Source of the DNA: an uncultured delta proteobacterium
GTDB lineage: Bacteria > Desulfobacterota > WTBG01 > CAIYCZ01 > CAIRTM01
Assembly: GCA_963723235.1 (NCBI GenBank)
Contig: CAVRPV010000011.1
Location: 129,177 to 193,176, forward strand
Length of the DNA stretch: 64,000 nt
Reading direction: 5' to 3'
Under the pieces are notes generated by a model. The model did no database searches, was not told the origin of the DNA, and saw only the letters and a program-made list of their open reading frames with translations. Made by a program: the position numbers and the translations under genes. Below, piece by piece: positions 39,221-52,550 of this stretch. Every line of letters begins with the position of its first letter. Position 1 is the first letter of the stretch.

Positions 39221-39629
39221 GATTCCTTCGTTCTCTTCGTTTTCCTTCGTTTTCCTCGTTCTCGTCCCCATCATCTTTTTTGGTAACATTATCACCCATG
39301 GTCGACCTGCCATGCCCGCTGCGCTTCACGTGCGGGTTGGTCTTGCCTTTGGTAGTCGTAGTTGTCGATTTGCCGCCTTGTGCTATCGTTGTTCCTTGCG
39401 GACACTTACTACCACGGGTAAGGACGTTGTCTTTGAACGCCGGGTTGCCCAATTCCGTGATCATGCCAGGAAGTTCTTTTTGATTTAAAACATACAGGGC
39501 GGCATTGGGTTGGGTGGAGGCAAAGCTGTCTTTTCCCTGGGCCCGCCGTGGCATGGCCCGTGTGGTCGCGATGGGAACAATGCAGAACACCAAAAGCATT
39601 GCTGCTATGAACAGTATAGTTTTTTTCAT
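39183..39629 (-). CDS. secreted paralog (N-terminally shorter) of the 33744 protein, with an acidic tail
   Basis: ATG at 39629 follows a GGGAGGA RBS. Signal peptide MKKTILFIAAMLLVFCIVPIATTRA. AQGKDSFASTQPNAALYVL aligns with SQGEDSFAADPPNAVLSVF. Tail KKDDGDENEENEGK. The 3' end runs into repeat X, so the stop is uncertain. Confidence 0.5.
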   Translation of the reverse strand: MKKTILFIAAMLLVFCIVPIATTRAMPRRAQGKDSFASTQPNAALYVLNQKELPGMITELGNPAFKDNVLTRGSKCPQGTTIAQGGKSTTTTTKGKTNPHVKRSGHGRSTMGDNVTKKDDGDENEENEGKRRERRNLAMIPPLSIIKG

Positions 39630-39913
39630 GGCACCGTCCTCCCTTGTATGGTGGTTATTAATGCTTTTTTTGTATAGCATATTTTGAACAATTTAAGCGT
39701 TTCCCAGAGTAATTTTTAATAAAGAAACGTCATTCTCAATAACAATACCTGCGACCGCGGTGCGGACAAAGTCCTTGACGGAATGCGAAATAAAGCCTAT
39801 GGAAATTTAATAAAGAGCATAGCAGACACGATGTTCCGCTCAGCATGCAAGCATAACCCTTTGGCGGAACATGAGATGATTGTACCTATGTCCACAAGCA
39901 AAAGGAGGCAACT

Positions 39914-40187
39914 ATGAAATTATTACTGTATCTGCATTGTAGCTGCGTTTTTTGTGTTGCAAACACCTGCTTTGGTTTTGTGCGATTCAAGTTCCGGCAG
40001 TGGTCTTGCTGAAGAAGAAGGGCTGAACAGGCATGATTCTGCGGCCGATTATCCCGAAGAGTCGAACAAGCATCCCGCTCCCGGTTATAGCAAAGAGTTG
40101 AAAAAGAAGGATCCCGCCGTCGTTTATGACGAAGAGTTGGACGAGCAGGACTCCGCCGTCGAAAATGAAGAAGACTTAAACGACTAG
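39914..40187 (+). CDS. small acidic lipoprotein (one frame interruption at a T6 run near 39947)
   Basis: A strong AAGGAGG RBS precedes the ATG at 39914 (MKLLLYL...). After the shift it reads LQTPALVLCDSSSGSGLAEEEGL...DEELDEQDSAVENEEDLND* (ORF 39954..40187). Confidence 0.5.
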
Positions 40188-40251
40188 GCCTCCGCTTTCT
40201 GAGCCATTCCTTCCGGCATTGGGATTCAAAGCAGTGCATAGGGGCAGGCCC

Positions 40252-42994
40252 CTACGAACTGACCGTTTTATTGTGTGTTGAATTCGTACTTTTTTTCGGG
40301 AGCGGGCTCAGCACGCGCACAAGGGCCTTTTCCAGTTCAACGATCAGGAAAACACACGCACCGGCAACAGCAGTCTCGAGCCAGTGCGCGGCTGACATGG
40401 GCCGCGAGCTGAACAGCACGTTCATGAACGGGGCGTAGCGTGTAGAGTATCTGCAGGAGCGCCAGGCAGCCGATCGTGATCCAGGCGGCGCGGTTTGAAA
40501 ACAGCGTGTCAAGCCGCAGGCTTGAATCGCTATGAAGCGGCTGTTGAACAGGTAGAACATCTGGGCCACCACGATCGTGTTGACCGCCAGTGTCCGTGCC
40601 AGCTCGATCGGCATGCCCCGGCCGGTTTCAAAAAGAAAGATCGCGATGGTTATCCCGCCGATCAGCAGCGACACAAAGCTGATATGCCAGGTGAAGAAGG
40701 CGCCCAGTATGGGAGCGTTCGGGGAGCGCGGGGGGCGGGTCATGACGCCGGGCTCTGGCGGCTCAAAGGCCAGGGCCAGCGCAAGCGTTACCGCGCATAC
40801 CATGTTGACCCACAGTATCTGCACCGGCAGGATCGGAAGCATGAATCCGAAAACAACCGCGGCCAGGATCACGAATGCCTCGGCCCCGTTGGTCGGAAGG
40901 ATAAACAAAATGGCCTTGCGCAGATTGTCATAGATGGTGCGGCCTTCCTCGACCGCGCGCTCAATCGTGGCGAAGTTGTCATCGGCCAGCACGATGTCGG
41001 CCGCCTCCTTGGTTGCCTCGGTGCCTTTGATGCCCATGGCTACGCCCACATCGGCGCGTTTAAGGGCGGGGGCGTCATTGATGCCGTCGCCGGTCATGGC
41101 AACGACCTCGCCTTCGGCCTGCAGGGCGGTAACCAGGCGCAGCTTGTGCTCGGGGCTGGTGCGCGCGAAAATATCATACTGCTGGACAATCCGCCGCAGT
41201 TCATCATCGGAGGCTTTTTCGAGGTCATGGCCGGAAATGGCGCCCGCCTCCGAGCCGATGCCCATCTCGCGGCCTATGGCAAGAGCGGTGCCGGCATGGT
41301 CGCCGGTGATCATTTTGACCCGTATGCCTGCCTGACGGCACAGGGCGATTGCGCGGATCGCTTCGGGCCGTGGCGGGTCAATGATGCCGACCAGGCCCAG
41401 GAATGTCATGCTCTTCAGGTCGGGGGTGGCCAGCGTGTCAGGGTGCGTGCCGGCTTCGCGTGAGGCGGCCGCAAGCACCCGCAATCCCTGTGAGCTCAGT
41501 TCATCAATGGAGCGCTCCCAAAAAGCGCGATCAAGCTGTTCACGGGAGCCATCGGGCCCGATTTGTTGCGTGCAGCGCTCAAGCAGACGGTCGGGAGCGC
41601 CCTTGAGCAGGATGCGGCGCTGCCCTGAGGGCTCACTGACAAGAGCGGCCATGAATTTATTATGGGATTCGAACGGAATTACGGCTCAGGCGCCGGTATT
41701 CTTCAGTCATTGAAAGCGGCCTTGAGCGCGAGCGTGCGCAGCGCACCCTCGGTGGGCTCTCCCACCACTTTCCAGTGGCCGTCTTCCTCGACAACATGTG
41801 CGTCATTACATACGGCCATGACCTCAATGAGCCCAAGCAGATCAGTGCTTTCAGCGATGGTAACAGCGTGTCCCTCGCACATGATGGACCCGTGCGGCGC
41901 ATATCCGGTTCCTTCGGCATCATAGCGCGCGCAGCGGGTTATCGACATGCCGGGCGGTCATCTCATTGCAGGTGAGCGTACCGGTTTTATCCGAACAGAT
42001 AACCGTGACCGAGCCCAGGGTTTCGACCGCGTTGAGCCTGCGCGTTATCGCGCTGTGCTGCGCCATGCGCTGAACGCCAAGGGCCAGGGTGATGCTGAGC
42101 ACCGCCGGAAGGCCCTCGGGGATAGCGGCCACGGCAAAGCCGATGGCAGCGAAGAAAAGCTCGGCAATGCCGCGGTCATGCACCAGGTACCCGGTTAAAA
42201 ACATCAGGATTGCCAGGGCGACGATACCGATTGAAAGTATTGTGCCGAAGCGCGTCATCTGGCGGGTAAGCGGTGTCGAGATCGTCTGTACCCCGGCGAG
42301 CATGGTGCTGATGCGCCCGATCTGGGTCGCCGAGCCCGTGCCGATAACCACCCCGATTGCGCGGCCGGCCGTAACCAGGGTGCCGGAAAACGCCATGCAG
42401 TACTGGTCGCCCGGCACGGCATCCCGCCCGACTGCCGCGGTATTTTTTTCAACCGGAACCGATTCGCCGGTCAGGGCCGATTCCTCGACGCACAGGCTGT
42501 GCACCTCAAACAGGCGCATGTCCGCGGGTACGCGGTCTCCCGAGCGCAGGCGCACGATATCGCCGGGAACGACATCCCCGGCATCAATATTCGTCCAGAC
42601 AGTGTCGCGCAGAACATGCGCGCGCAGAGAGAGCATTTTGCGTATGCCTTCGAGCGCCTTTTCAGCCTTGCCTTCCTGAATAAAGCCGATAAAGGCGTTG
42701 ATTATCACCACGCCCAGGATAACACCCGTGTCAACCCAGTGGACCAGCAGGGCGGTTACGGCCGCGGCTGCGAGCAGCACATAGATAAGCGGGTCATTGA
42801 AATGCTTGAAAAACCGTTTGAGCAGTCCGGGGCCGGGAGGAGCGGGTAAAAGGTTGGGCCCGGTTGCGGTAAGGCGCCGGGCAGCTTCCTCAGCCGTGAG
42901 GCCGTCGGTACTGCTGTTCAGCTCTGAAATAACCGCGCTATATTCGCGGGCATGCGGCTCAGGGCAGTTAAAGGCGGCTTACGGTATGTGTCAT
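40252..42994 (-). CDS. P-type cation-transporting ATPase, type II (SERCA/PMCA-like) (at least 4 frame interruptions)
   Basis: Fragments 41920..42780 (AAIPEGLPAV, ICSDKTGTLT), 41703..41948 and 40252..41652 (MTGDGINDAPALKRADVGVAMG). The N-terminus (ATG at 42994) is restored across frames: ...ELNSSTDGLTAEEAARRL. Confidence 0.9.
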
Positions 42995-43270
42995 GCGTGT
43001 ATCCACTCCGGTTATTCAGGGTGTACGGTTCAACGGCGGTTTCTTGGTTGATACTGATGAACGTAAATTTTTGTCTGTGATACGGCAGAACGCCCGCTTT
43101 CCATGGAAGAAGATTGCGGGTTCGGCGTCAATGGTATTGTATGTACTTTGCGTACATCTGGCAAGGCAAAAAGGCTTAAACATGGACGGATTGCGGGGAT
43201 GTATAACGGTTCGTTGACAAACGAGAGTACCTGTGCTACCTGTTTTTTCTTTGCGTATGCGGAGGAAACC

Positions 43271-43843
43271 GTGGAGACACTGCGAACTTTTGTTGCTCTT
43301 GTGCTGCCTGATGATGCGCGGCGCGCGCTGGAGCGCGAGCAGCAGGATCTGGCCGGCCGGGTCAGCGGTGTTAAGTGGGCCAGTCCCCGTACGATTCATG
43401 TGACGCTTGTGTTTCTCGGTCCGACTCCGGCTGCAGCCATTGCAAAGATCAGCACCGTGATGCGGGAGGTTGCGGCCTGTTGTGAGCCGATTACCATTAC
43501 CCTGCAGGGTATCGGCGCGTTCCCCAGTACACGCAGTCCCAGGGTTATATGGGCCGGGATGCGGGACTGTGCCGCGTTGCTGGAAATGCAGCAGCAGCTT
43601 GCGGATGGTCTGGACGCGCTTGGCTTTCAAAAAGACAAAAAGCCGTTTAAGGCCCATGTAACGTTGGGACGCGTTCGTGACGGCAGCGCTCGCAGCGCTT
43701 TGAGCGCGCTGCTGGATGAGCGGCACAATCAAAGCTTTGGCGAATTTCAGGCCGAGCGGCTGGCATTTGTGCACAGCGACCTGCAGCCGTCCGGCCCGGT
43801 ATATACACTATTGGAAGAATCCAAACTGTTACATCATAGATGA
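43271..43843 (+). CDS. thpR: RNA 2',3'-cyclic phosphodiesterase (2H family, LigT/ThpR)
   Basis: GTG at 43271 follows a GGAGGA RBS. Two HxT motifs (HVTLVF, HVTLGR). Positioned upstream of recA. Confidence 0.8.
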   Translation: METLRTFVALVLPDDARRALEREQQDLAGRVSGVKWASPRTIHVTLVFLGPTPAAAIAKISTVMREVAACCEPITITLQGIGAFPSTRSPRVIWAGMRDCAALLEMQQQLADGLDALGFQKDKKPFKAHVTLGRVRDGSARSALSALLDERHNQSFGEFQAERLAFVHSDLQPSGPVYTLLEESKLLHHR

Positions 43844-43856
43844 AGGAGACTTGAGC

Positions 43857-44907
43857 ATGGCAAACGATGATAACCGGCAGCGCGCACTTGATATGGCGGT
43901 GAGCCAGATAGAAAAACAGTTCGGCAAGGGGTCCATCATGCGCCTGGGTGAGGAAGGCGCACTGGTGAATGATGTTCCGGTTATTCCGACCGGGTCGCTC
44001 AGCCTTGATATGGCCCTGGGCACTAGGCGGCATTCCGCGCGGCCGGGTGATTGAAATTTACGGTCCGGAATCCTCCGGGAAAACAACCCTGGCTCTGCAT
44101 GTCGTCGCCGAGGCACAGCGCATGGGCGGATCAGCCGCATTTATCGATGCCGAGCATGCCCTGGATGTGACCTATGCCCGTAAGCTTGGCGTGAAGACCG
44201 ACGAGCTGCTGATCAGCCAGCCTGACAGCGGCGAGCAGGCCCTTGAGATCTGCGAGGTGCTGGTGCGCAGCGGCGCGCTGGACGTGCTGGTCATTGATTC
44301 GGTCGCGGCCCTGGTGCCCAAGGCCGAAATCGAAGGCGATATGGGGGATTCGCACATGGGCCTGCAGGCCCGGCTGATGTCGCAGGCCCTGCGCAAGCTC
44401 ACCGGTTCGATCAACCGCTCACGCACCGCTGTTATTTTCATCAACCAGATCCGCATGAAAATCGGCGTCATGTTCGGCAACCCTGAAACTACCACCGGCG
44501 GCAATGCACTGAAGTTTTACGCTACCATGCGCATGGATATCCGCAGGATCGGCGCGATCAAGGAAGGCGATCAGGTTAAAGGCAATCGCACGCGGGTCAA
44601 GATTGTGAAGAACAAAATGGCGCCCCCGTTCCGCGAGGTTGAGTTCGATATCATGTTCGGCGAGGGTATTTCGCGCGAAGGCGATTTGCTTGATCTGGGG
44701 GTTGAAAACGGCGTAATTGAAAAAAGCGGCGCCTGGTTTTCTTATAAAAAGGACCGTTTAGGGCAGGGCCGCGAAAATGTGAAAACATTTCTGCGGGAGA
44801 ATGCCGATATGTGCACTGAGATTGAGCGCGTGATTCGTGAAAAAGCCGGATTTCTGAAGACCGCTCCTGTGAAACCGGGCAGCGAAGCTGATGCGAGCGG
44901 AGCGTAA
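43857..44907 (+). CDS. recA: recombinase RecA (one frame interruption near 44025)
   Basis: [31 protein letters not shown]... then [17 protein letters not shown] (Walker A). ORFs 43716..44054 and 43969..44907 join if one base in ggcactAggcggc is removed. Confidence 0.97.
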
Positions 44908-45394
44908 AGAGCCTGATATACGGTCCGTGCTGGCTGCAGCATACGCGATGCTGGCCCGCAGTCCGCACAGCCGCGCGCAGGTGCTCGCAAAACTGGAGAG
45001 CAAGGGTTTTGCGGGCGAGCTGATCGAGGACTGTGTGAAGCGCCTTGACGAGCTCGGGTATCTTGATGACGCTCAGATTGCCCGGCGCTGGGCCCAGGTG
45101 ATGCTGCGCGAGCGCTGCTGGGGGATATTGAAGGCCGAGCAGCAGCTGCAGCAGCGCGGCATCGAGCGCGACCTTGCCCGGCAGGTTCTGGCTGAAGCTC
45201 AGCAGGCATTTCCGCAGATAGACGGCGCCCGGAAGGCTGTGGCCGGGCGTTTCAGTGACCGGACAGCGGATATACCGCTCGCCAAGGTTGTTAATTTCCT
45301 GCGCTCGCGCGGTTTCAGCAGCGAGGTGGTGTATCCGGCAGCGCGGGAGTGGGAGAAGAACAAAACCGGGCATGAGCCTGATATCGAAGAATAG
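44891..45394 (+). CDS. recX: RecX regulatory protein
   Basis: 167-aa ORF overlapping the recA stop. Helical-repeat pattern ([24 protein letters not shown]...). recA-recX synteny. Confidence 0.8.
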   Translation: MRAERKEPDIRSVLAAAYAMLARSPHSRAQVLAKLESKGFAGELIEDCVKRLDELGYLDDAQIARRWAQVMLRERCWGILKAEQQLQQRGIERDLARQVLAEAQQAFPQIDGARKAVAGRFSDRTADIPLAKVVNFLRSRGFSSEVVYPAAREWEKNKTGHEPDIEE

Positions 45395-45515
45395 GCTGTT
45401 GAAAAACGCACATCTGCTGCGTTGCGCGCATCATTCGTCTCTGCGGCGTACAAAAAGTACGCCTCATTCCTCATGATATCGCGCGCCTTGCATCTGCGCA
45501 TTTTTGAACAGCCTG
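45393..45515. repeat. ~125-bp near-palindromic element, copy 2
   Basis: AGGCTGTTGAAAAACGCACATCTGCTGCG...GCGGCGTACAAAAAGTACGCCTCATTCCTCATGA...TTTTTGAACAGCCTG. It abuts the recX stop. Confidence 0.85.
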
Positions 45516-45609
45516 TATGTGAAGATATTTTTAACGTCGGGTAAAACGCGCCGGCAACTGCAAAAAAGTTTAATGGTGCGCACGGCACACCCTACGCTCT
45601 TCATAACAA

Positions 45610-45641
45610 TGTAGGCCGGACTGAGCGTCAGCGTGTCCGGC
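45610..45641. repeat. single REP hairpin
   Basis: TGTAGGCCGGACTGAGCGTCAGCGTGTCCGGC. Confidence 0.7.
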
Positions 45642-45655
45642 AAGTGAATGAATAA

Positions 45656-48327
<2,672 letters not shown>

Positions 48328-48384
48328 ACAGGGTACAGAGCCGGGGTGCAACCGGATACTGTAAGACTGCATGGAGGGGCGGGC

Positions 48385-48928
48385 ATGGATCCACAGGTTC
48401 CAATTCCAGTTGAACATATTGAACATAAAATTTATTGCATTCGCGGGCAAAAGGTCATGCTCGACCGTGATCTTGCGCAACTCTATGGATAGACAAAGGC
48501 GTCTGAAGCAAGCCGTTAAAAGGCACCGCGTAAGGATTTCCGGATGATTTCATGTTCATGTTGTCTCTTTCGGAGTATGCTATTGGACGTCGCACTTTGT
48601 GATCTCCAAAAGTGATAAGAGGGGTTGACGTAATGTCCCATGGCTTTTACCGAACAGGGCGTTGCAATGGCCGTTGACATACTCAGTAGCGATCGCGCTG
48701 TTGCAGATAAGTGTACAGATCGTGCGGGCATTTATTCGTTTGCGGCGGAAGTTGCTTGACAGCAAAGAACTGCGGCGAGAGCATGACGAATTGAAACGCC
48801 AGACCAATGACCGCTTTCAGGTTGTTTTTGAAACGCTGGATTATTTGCTGGCCGTTGAAGTGCAACCGAAACGCAAAATCGGATTCGCGGCCAAAGAGAA
48901 ACGCGCAGCGTATGCGGTGAAGCCGTAG
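48385..48928 (+). pseudogene. ORF6N/KilA-N-like DNA-binding protein gene, about 5 frame interruptions in 540 bp
   Basis: IRGQKVMLDRDLAQLYG / ETKRLKQAVKRHRVRFPDDFMF / AFTEQGVAMAVDILSSDRAV / VQIVRAFIRLRRKL...RFQVVFETLDYLL, each in a different frame. Confidence 0.65.
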
Positions 48929-48942
48929 ACTCGATACCAATT

Positions 48943-49477
48943 TTAATCCACTTCACATTTTCCAGGAATGATTTTCAGGGTAAAGCGCAGGTAGGTGCCG
49001 AGCAGAACGGTTCGGTTCTGCTGCGGAAGGGATGCGTACATATTGATCATGCTGGGAGCATTGCTGCCCAGCAGCAGTGTCAGGGGTTCAGCGTCGTCGC
49101 GCGTATATACCTGCAGGCTGAACGCGGGAGGGTCGAGACCGTAGAGCGTCTGGTCTTTACTTGGTTCAAGCTCATCAATCATAACCGCTCCGGCAATTGC
49201 GTCGAGCAGGCTGTCAATAAGATCAGCGGATGCGCGCGCACCGGAGGGTTCAACCACCAGCATCTCTCCGTTTTGCCGCGCAAGGCGCACGGTTTTTTTT
49301 CTGTCGCTTACAACCACGCCGTTTATGTCGTCTGATTTCCAGATGAAAAACGCTCTCGTATGTTTCAGCAGGCAGAACAGCCTTAGTCTGCGGCGCATTC
49401 GTTCTTTCAAAGAGCAGCACATAGGCAAGCAGTGCGCAGAACAGCAGAGACCAGAAGGCAAGGCGTTTGAGGTTCAT
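48943..49477 (-). CDS. DUF4340-like protein, last gene of the GldG ABC operon (one frame interruption)
   Basis: The ATG at 49477 overlaps the GldG stop (ATGA). Membrane anchor MNLKRLAFWSLLFCALLAYVLLF. Continues in ORF 48943..49461. Confidence 0.55.
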
Positions 49478-50847
49478 GCGCGCCGGCGCCTCCACCAGAC
49501 AATAGCCAGGCCGCACAGCAGTACAAGCGCGGGCTGCACGACTACGCACAGCCAGTATATGATCTGCCCCTGTTGCCTGGTCATAAAATACATATCAGGT
49601 GTTGCTGTAGAGGTTCCGCGAGATAAGAGCAGGTCATGCTGTTCAGAGAGCCAGTTGATCGTATTAAGGAAGAAATCCTTGTTGCCGACAACGCCGAAAT
49701 AGGGATCAGCGGCAAAATTTGAGTTTCCCATAACAACAAGGTATCCGCCTGGCGCATCAATATTCTGCGGGGGCAGTTCGGAAATGACTGCGACCGGCAC
49801 CGGACCGGCCATGTCCGGGCCCGGGTCGAACTGCATGGACCCGTCGCGCACGCTTTGCGTGTTGCGTTCGGCCCAGCTGTCAGGGCCGGATACGGCCAGC
49901 ACGGTTTGGGTTATCTCGTCTGCGCTTTGCGCACGGGGCAGAATTGAGCGGCAGTAGGGGAATACAACGTTTTTATTCGTGGAACTCGCAATCGGGTGGC
50001 GCTCATCCGGGGTGATGAGCGGTGTTAAAACATCAAAGCCCATCAGCTTGCTGCGCGTATCAATGATATAGTCGCGCTGCAGCTCAATCGCGTATTTTTC
50101 CAGCAGGAACTGCTCAACGCGGGGCAGGGGGAACGAGTCAGCGAGCATAAGGACCCGGCCGCCCTGCCGGAGATAGCGATCTATCATTTCAAGTTCATGT
50201 GCCAGGTAATCCTCCTGCGGTCCGGCAATGATCAGGATAAGCGTGTCGTCCGGAACCTGGGGCGCGTTCATCAACACCAGCGGTTCCACGCGGTAGTTTT
50301 CAAGCTGAAGTGCCTGCCGAACCTGGTTGAAACTGTTGACCGGTTCAGTCGCATCAAGGCTTTTTTCGCCGTGGCCGCTCACGAAGCGCACAATTTTTTT
50401 ATTTTTTTCAGTCAGCCGTATCAGGGCCGTGACCAGATTATCCTCGCTGAAATACTTCAGGCGTTCGCGCCTGCCCTGGTACTCGATAATAGCGGCCCCG
50501 TAATTCGTGACGTCAAAGCTTGCCGCGCGTGCAGGGTTCTTATCCAGATCAATAAACTGAAACGTCAGCTGGCCGGATGCGCGCTGCAGTAAATCCAGCA
50601 AATCCTGAAATTGCTGCAGTTCGTCGCGTTTGTGGAAAATAGTGATGTGGAGGGGTTCGCTCAGCGTGTTAAGCACGCGCCCGGTCAGGGTGGACAGGGT
50701 ATAGGCTTTTGAGGGCGTCAGGTCAAAGCGGACCTTGTGACGGTAGCTGATATAGTTTGCAAGCCCCAGACTGCCTGCCACCAAAGTGATCAGCAGCACC
50801 AGCTCAAACACATACAGGTATTTTCGGGCAAAGGCGGGTTTGTTCAT
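49474..50847 (-). CDS. gldG: GldG-family ABC-transport auxiliary protein
   Basis: Intact ORF. The ATG at 50847 overlaps the permease stop (ATGA). N- and C-terminal TM helices flank a large periplasmic domain, as in GldG/ABC_transp_aux proteins. Confidence 0.75.
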   Translation of the reverse strand: MNKPAFARKYLYVFELVLLITLVAGSLGLANYISYRHKVRFDLTPSKAYTLSTLTGRVLNTLSEPLHITIFHKRDELQQFQDLLDLLQRASGQLTFQFIDLDKNPARAASFDVTNYGAAIIEYQGRRERLKYFSEDNLVTALIRLTEKNKKIVRFVSGHGEKSLDATEPVNSFNQVRQALQLENYRVEPLVLMNAPQVPDDTLILIIAGPQEDYLAHELEMIDRYLRQGGRVLMLADSFPLPRVEQFLLEKYAIELQRDYIIDTRSKLMGFDVLTPLITPDERHPIASSTNKNVVFPYCRSILPRAQSADEITQTVLAVSGPDSWAERNTQSVRDGSMQFDPGPDMAGPVPVAVISELPPQNIDAPGGYLVVMGNSNFAADPYFGVVGNKDFFLNTINWLSEQHDLLLSRGTSTATPDMYFMTRQQGQIIYWLCVVVQPALVLLCGLAIVWWRRRRA

Positions 50848-51581
50848 TTGCCTCTCCACGTGCGCGCTGCCAAAGAACAGCGCGTGAGAAAGAGGAAGAA
50901 AAACACCAGGCTCAGATAGTAGATAACCGAGTCAGAGTCGACGACGCCCTTGATGAAGTTGAGGAAATGTTCAGACAGCGAGACCTGATGTAAAACAGCG
51001 ATTGTCTGTTGGCCGGCAATGCCCTCGTTCCAGTCAAGGTTCCACATGGTCAGCAGCACGGCAATCGTCACGATAGAGGCCACGATCTGATTTTCGGTCA
51101 ATGAGGAGACAAACGTGCCGCAGGCAATACAGGCCGCGCCCAGCAGGAACAGGCCAAGGTAGCATGCAAACAGGGGGCCCGGTTCAACGCCGAAATATAC
51201 TGCGATCAGGGCCGGGTACAGCAGGGTCAGTCCCAGCATCAGCATATATACCAGCAGGCAGGCAATATATTTCCCGAGGATGATATCATTGTCGCGCAGG
51301 GGAGCCGTGAACAGAAGCTCAATCGTGCCCATCTTTTTTTCTTCGGCAAACAGGCGCATGGTGAGCAGCGGGATCAGGGTCAGCGGCGCGAATCTCAGGT
51401 AATGAAACGTGTACTGCCACAGCCCGACTTTCAGATCAGAGCCCACGAAGGTGAGAAACATCACCAGGTAGGTATAAAAGGAATAGCCGGCCACGATCAG
51501 GAACATGGCGATGACCACGTAGGCGATCAGGGAGGAAAAGTGCGACCGCAGCTCTTTTTTGAGAATGCTCAGCATGTTCAT
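50844..51581 (-). CDS. ABC-2 type permease
   Basis: MNMLSILKKELRSHFSSLIAYVVIAMFLIVAG..., six predicted TM segments. The start overlaps the ATPase stop once the ATPase frame is corrected. Confidence 0.8.
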   Translation of the reverse strand: MNMLSILKKELRSHFSSLIAYVVIAMFLIVAGYSFYTYLVMFLTFVGSDLKVGLWQYTFHYLRFAPLTLIPLLTMRLFAEEKKMGTIELLFTAPLRDNDIILGKYIACLLVYMLMLGLTLLYPALIAVYFGVEPGPLFACYLGLFLLGAACIACGTFVSSLTENQIVASIVTIAVLLTMWNLDWNEGIAGQQTIAVLHQVSLSEHFLNFIKGVVDSDSVIYYLSLVFFFLFLTRCSLAARTWRGK

Positions 51582-52535
51582 GGCTGCATGCGCTCCTGGT
51601 CGCCTATGAGCTGAATGAAAATTTCTTCCAGCGTCATGGCATCCGGTCCCAAAGCACGCAGGGTCCAGCCGCCCTCGTATCACGCAGCGGGCCAGTTCAT
51701 TTACTACCTGCGCGCCCGGTTCTGTTTCCAGCGTGAAGGCTGCTGATACGCTGTTTTTATTGTGTGCTGGACGCACTGCACATACACCGTCAATGCGGGC
51801 CAGGGCCGCGGCAATGTCAACGGCCGGGCCGTCGGCTTCCAGGTACAGGCGCGGTATTTTCTGAATACGCTGAACAAGATTGGCGGGTGTGTCCAGGGCC
51901 AGTAAACGGCCCTCGTAGATAATGATCACCCGGTCGCAGGTCATGCTGACTTCGGGCAGGATGTGCGTGCTGAGGATAACGGTTTGGCTGCCGCCAAGAC
52001 CTTTAATCAGGTTGCGGATATCGGCAATCTGGCGGGGGTCAAGACCCACGGTCGGTTCATCCAGAATCAGAACCTCCGGATTGCCCAGCAGGGCCTGGGC
52101 AATGCCGACCCTCTGGCGATACCCCTTGGAAAGCATGCCGATCATGCGGCGCGCATGGGTTTCAAGTCCGCAGCGCTCAATTGCCTCGGCAACGCCTGCT
52201 GCGCGGGCCCGGCGCGGCACGCCCTTTATCTCGGCAAAAAAATTGAGATAGCCTGTCACGGTCATGTCGTGGTACAGGGGCACGCTTTCGGGCAGGTAGC
52301 CTATCGAGCGGCGAACGGCAAATGGATCCTGCAGGATATCATGGCCGCAGATGCGGGCTGTTCCGCTGGTGGGCGGGAAAAAACAGGTCAGGATGCGCAT
52401 GGTGGTGGTTTTGCCGGAACCGTTGGGGCCCAGAAATCCCATGATCTCGCCCTTGTTGATATGGAAGGAGATGTCCTGAATGCCGCGTGAGGGGCCGTAT
52501 GTTTTTGTCAGATGGTCGACTTCAATTGCGGGCAT
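51578..52535 (-). CDS. ABC transporter ATP-binding protein (one frame interruption near 51660)
   Basis: Walker A GPNGSGKTT, signature LSKGYRQR, Walker B LILDEP. The corrected C-terminus is GGWTLRALGPDAMTLEEIFIQLIGDQERMQP*. Confidence 0.9.
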
Positions 52536-52550
52536 GGTGTGTTGTTCTGG

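Noticed and set aside
41664-41675. The tRNA T-arm-like string GGGATTCGAACG.
   Set aside because: It lies inside the P-type ATPase reading frames, and no acceptor, D or anticodon stems can be built around it. I found no tRNA or rRNA genes in the window.
50844-52535. A 563-aa ORF that looks like a fused ABC ATPase-permease protein.
   Set aside because: Shifting one frame near 51660 restores a normal ATPase C-terminus (..LEEIFIQLIGDQERMQP*). Its TGA overlaps the permease ATG in an ATGA junction at 51578-51581. The fusion is therefore most likely an indel artefact joining two ordinary genes.
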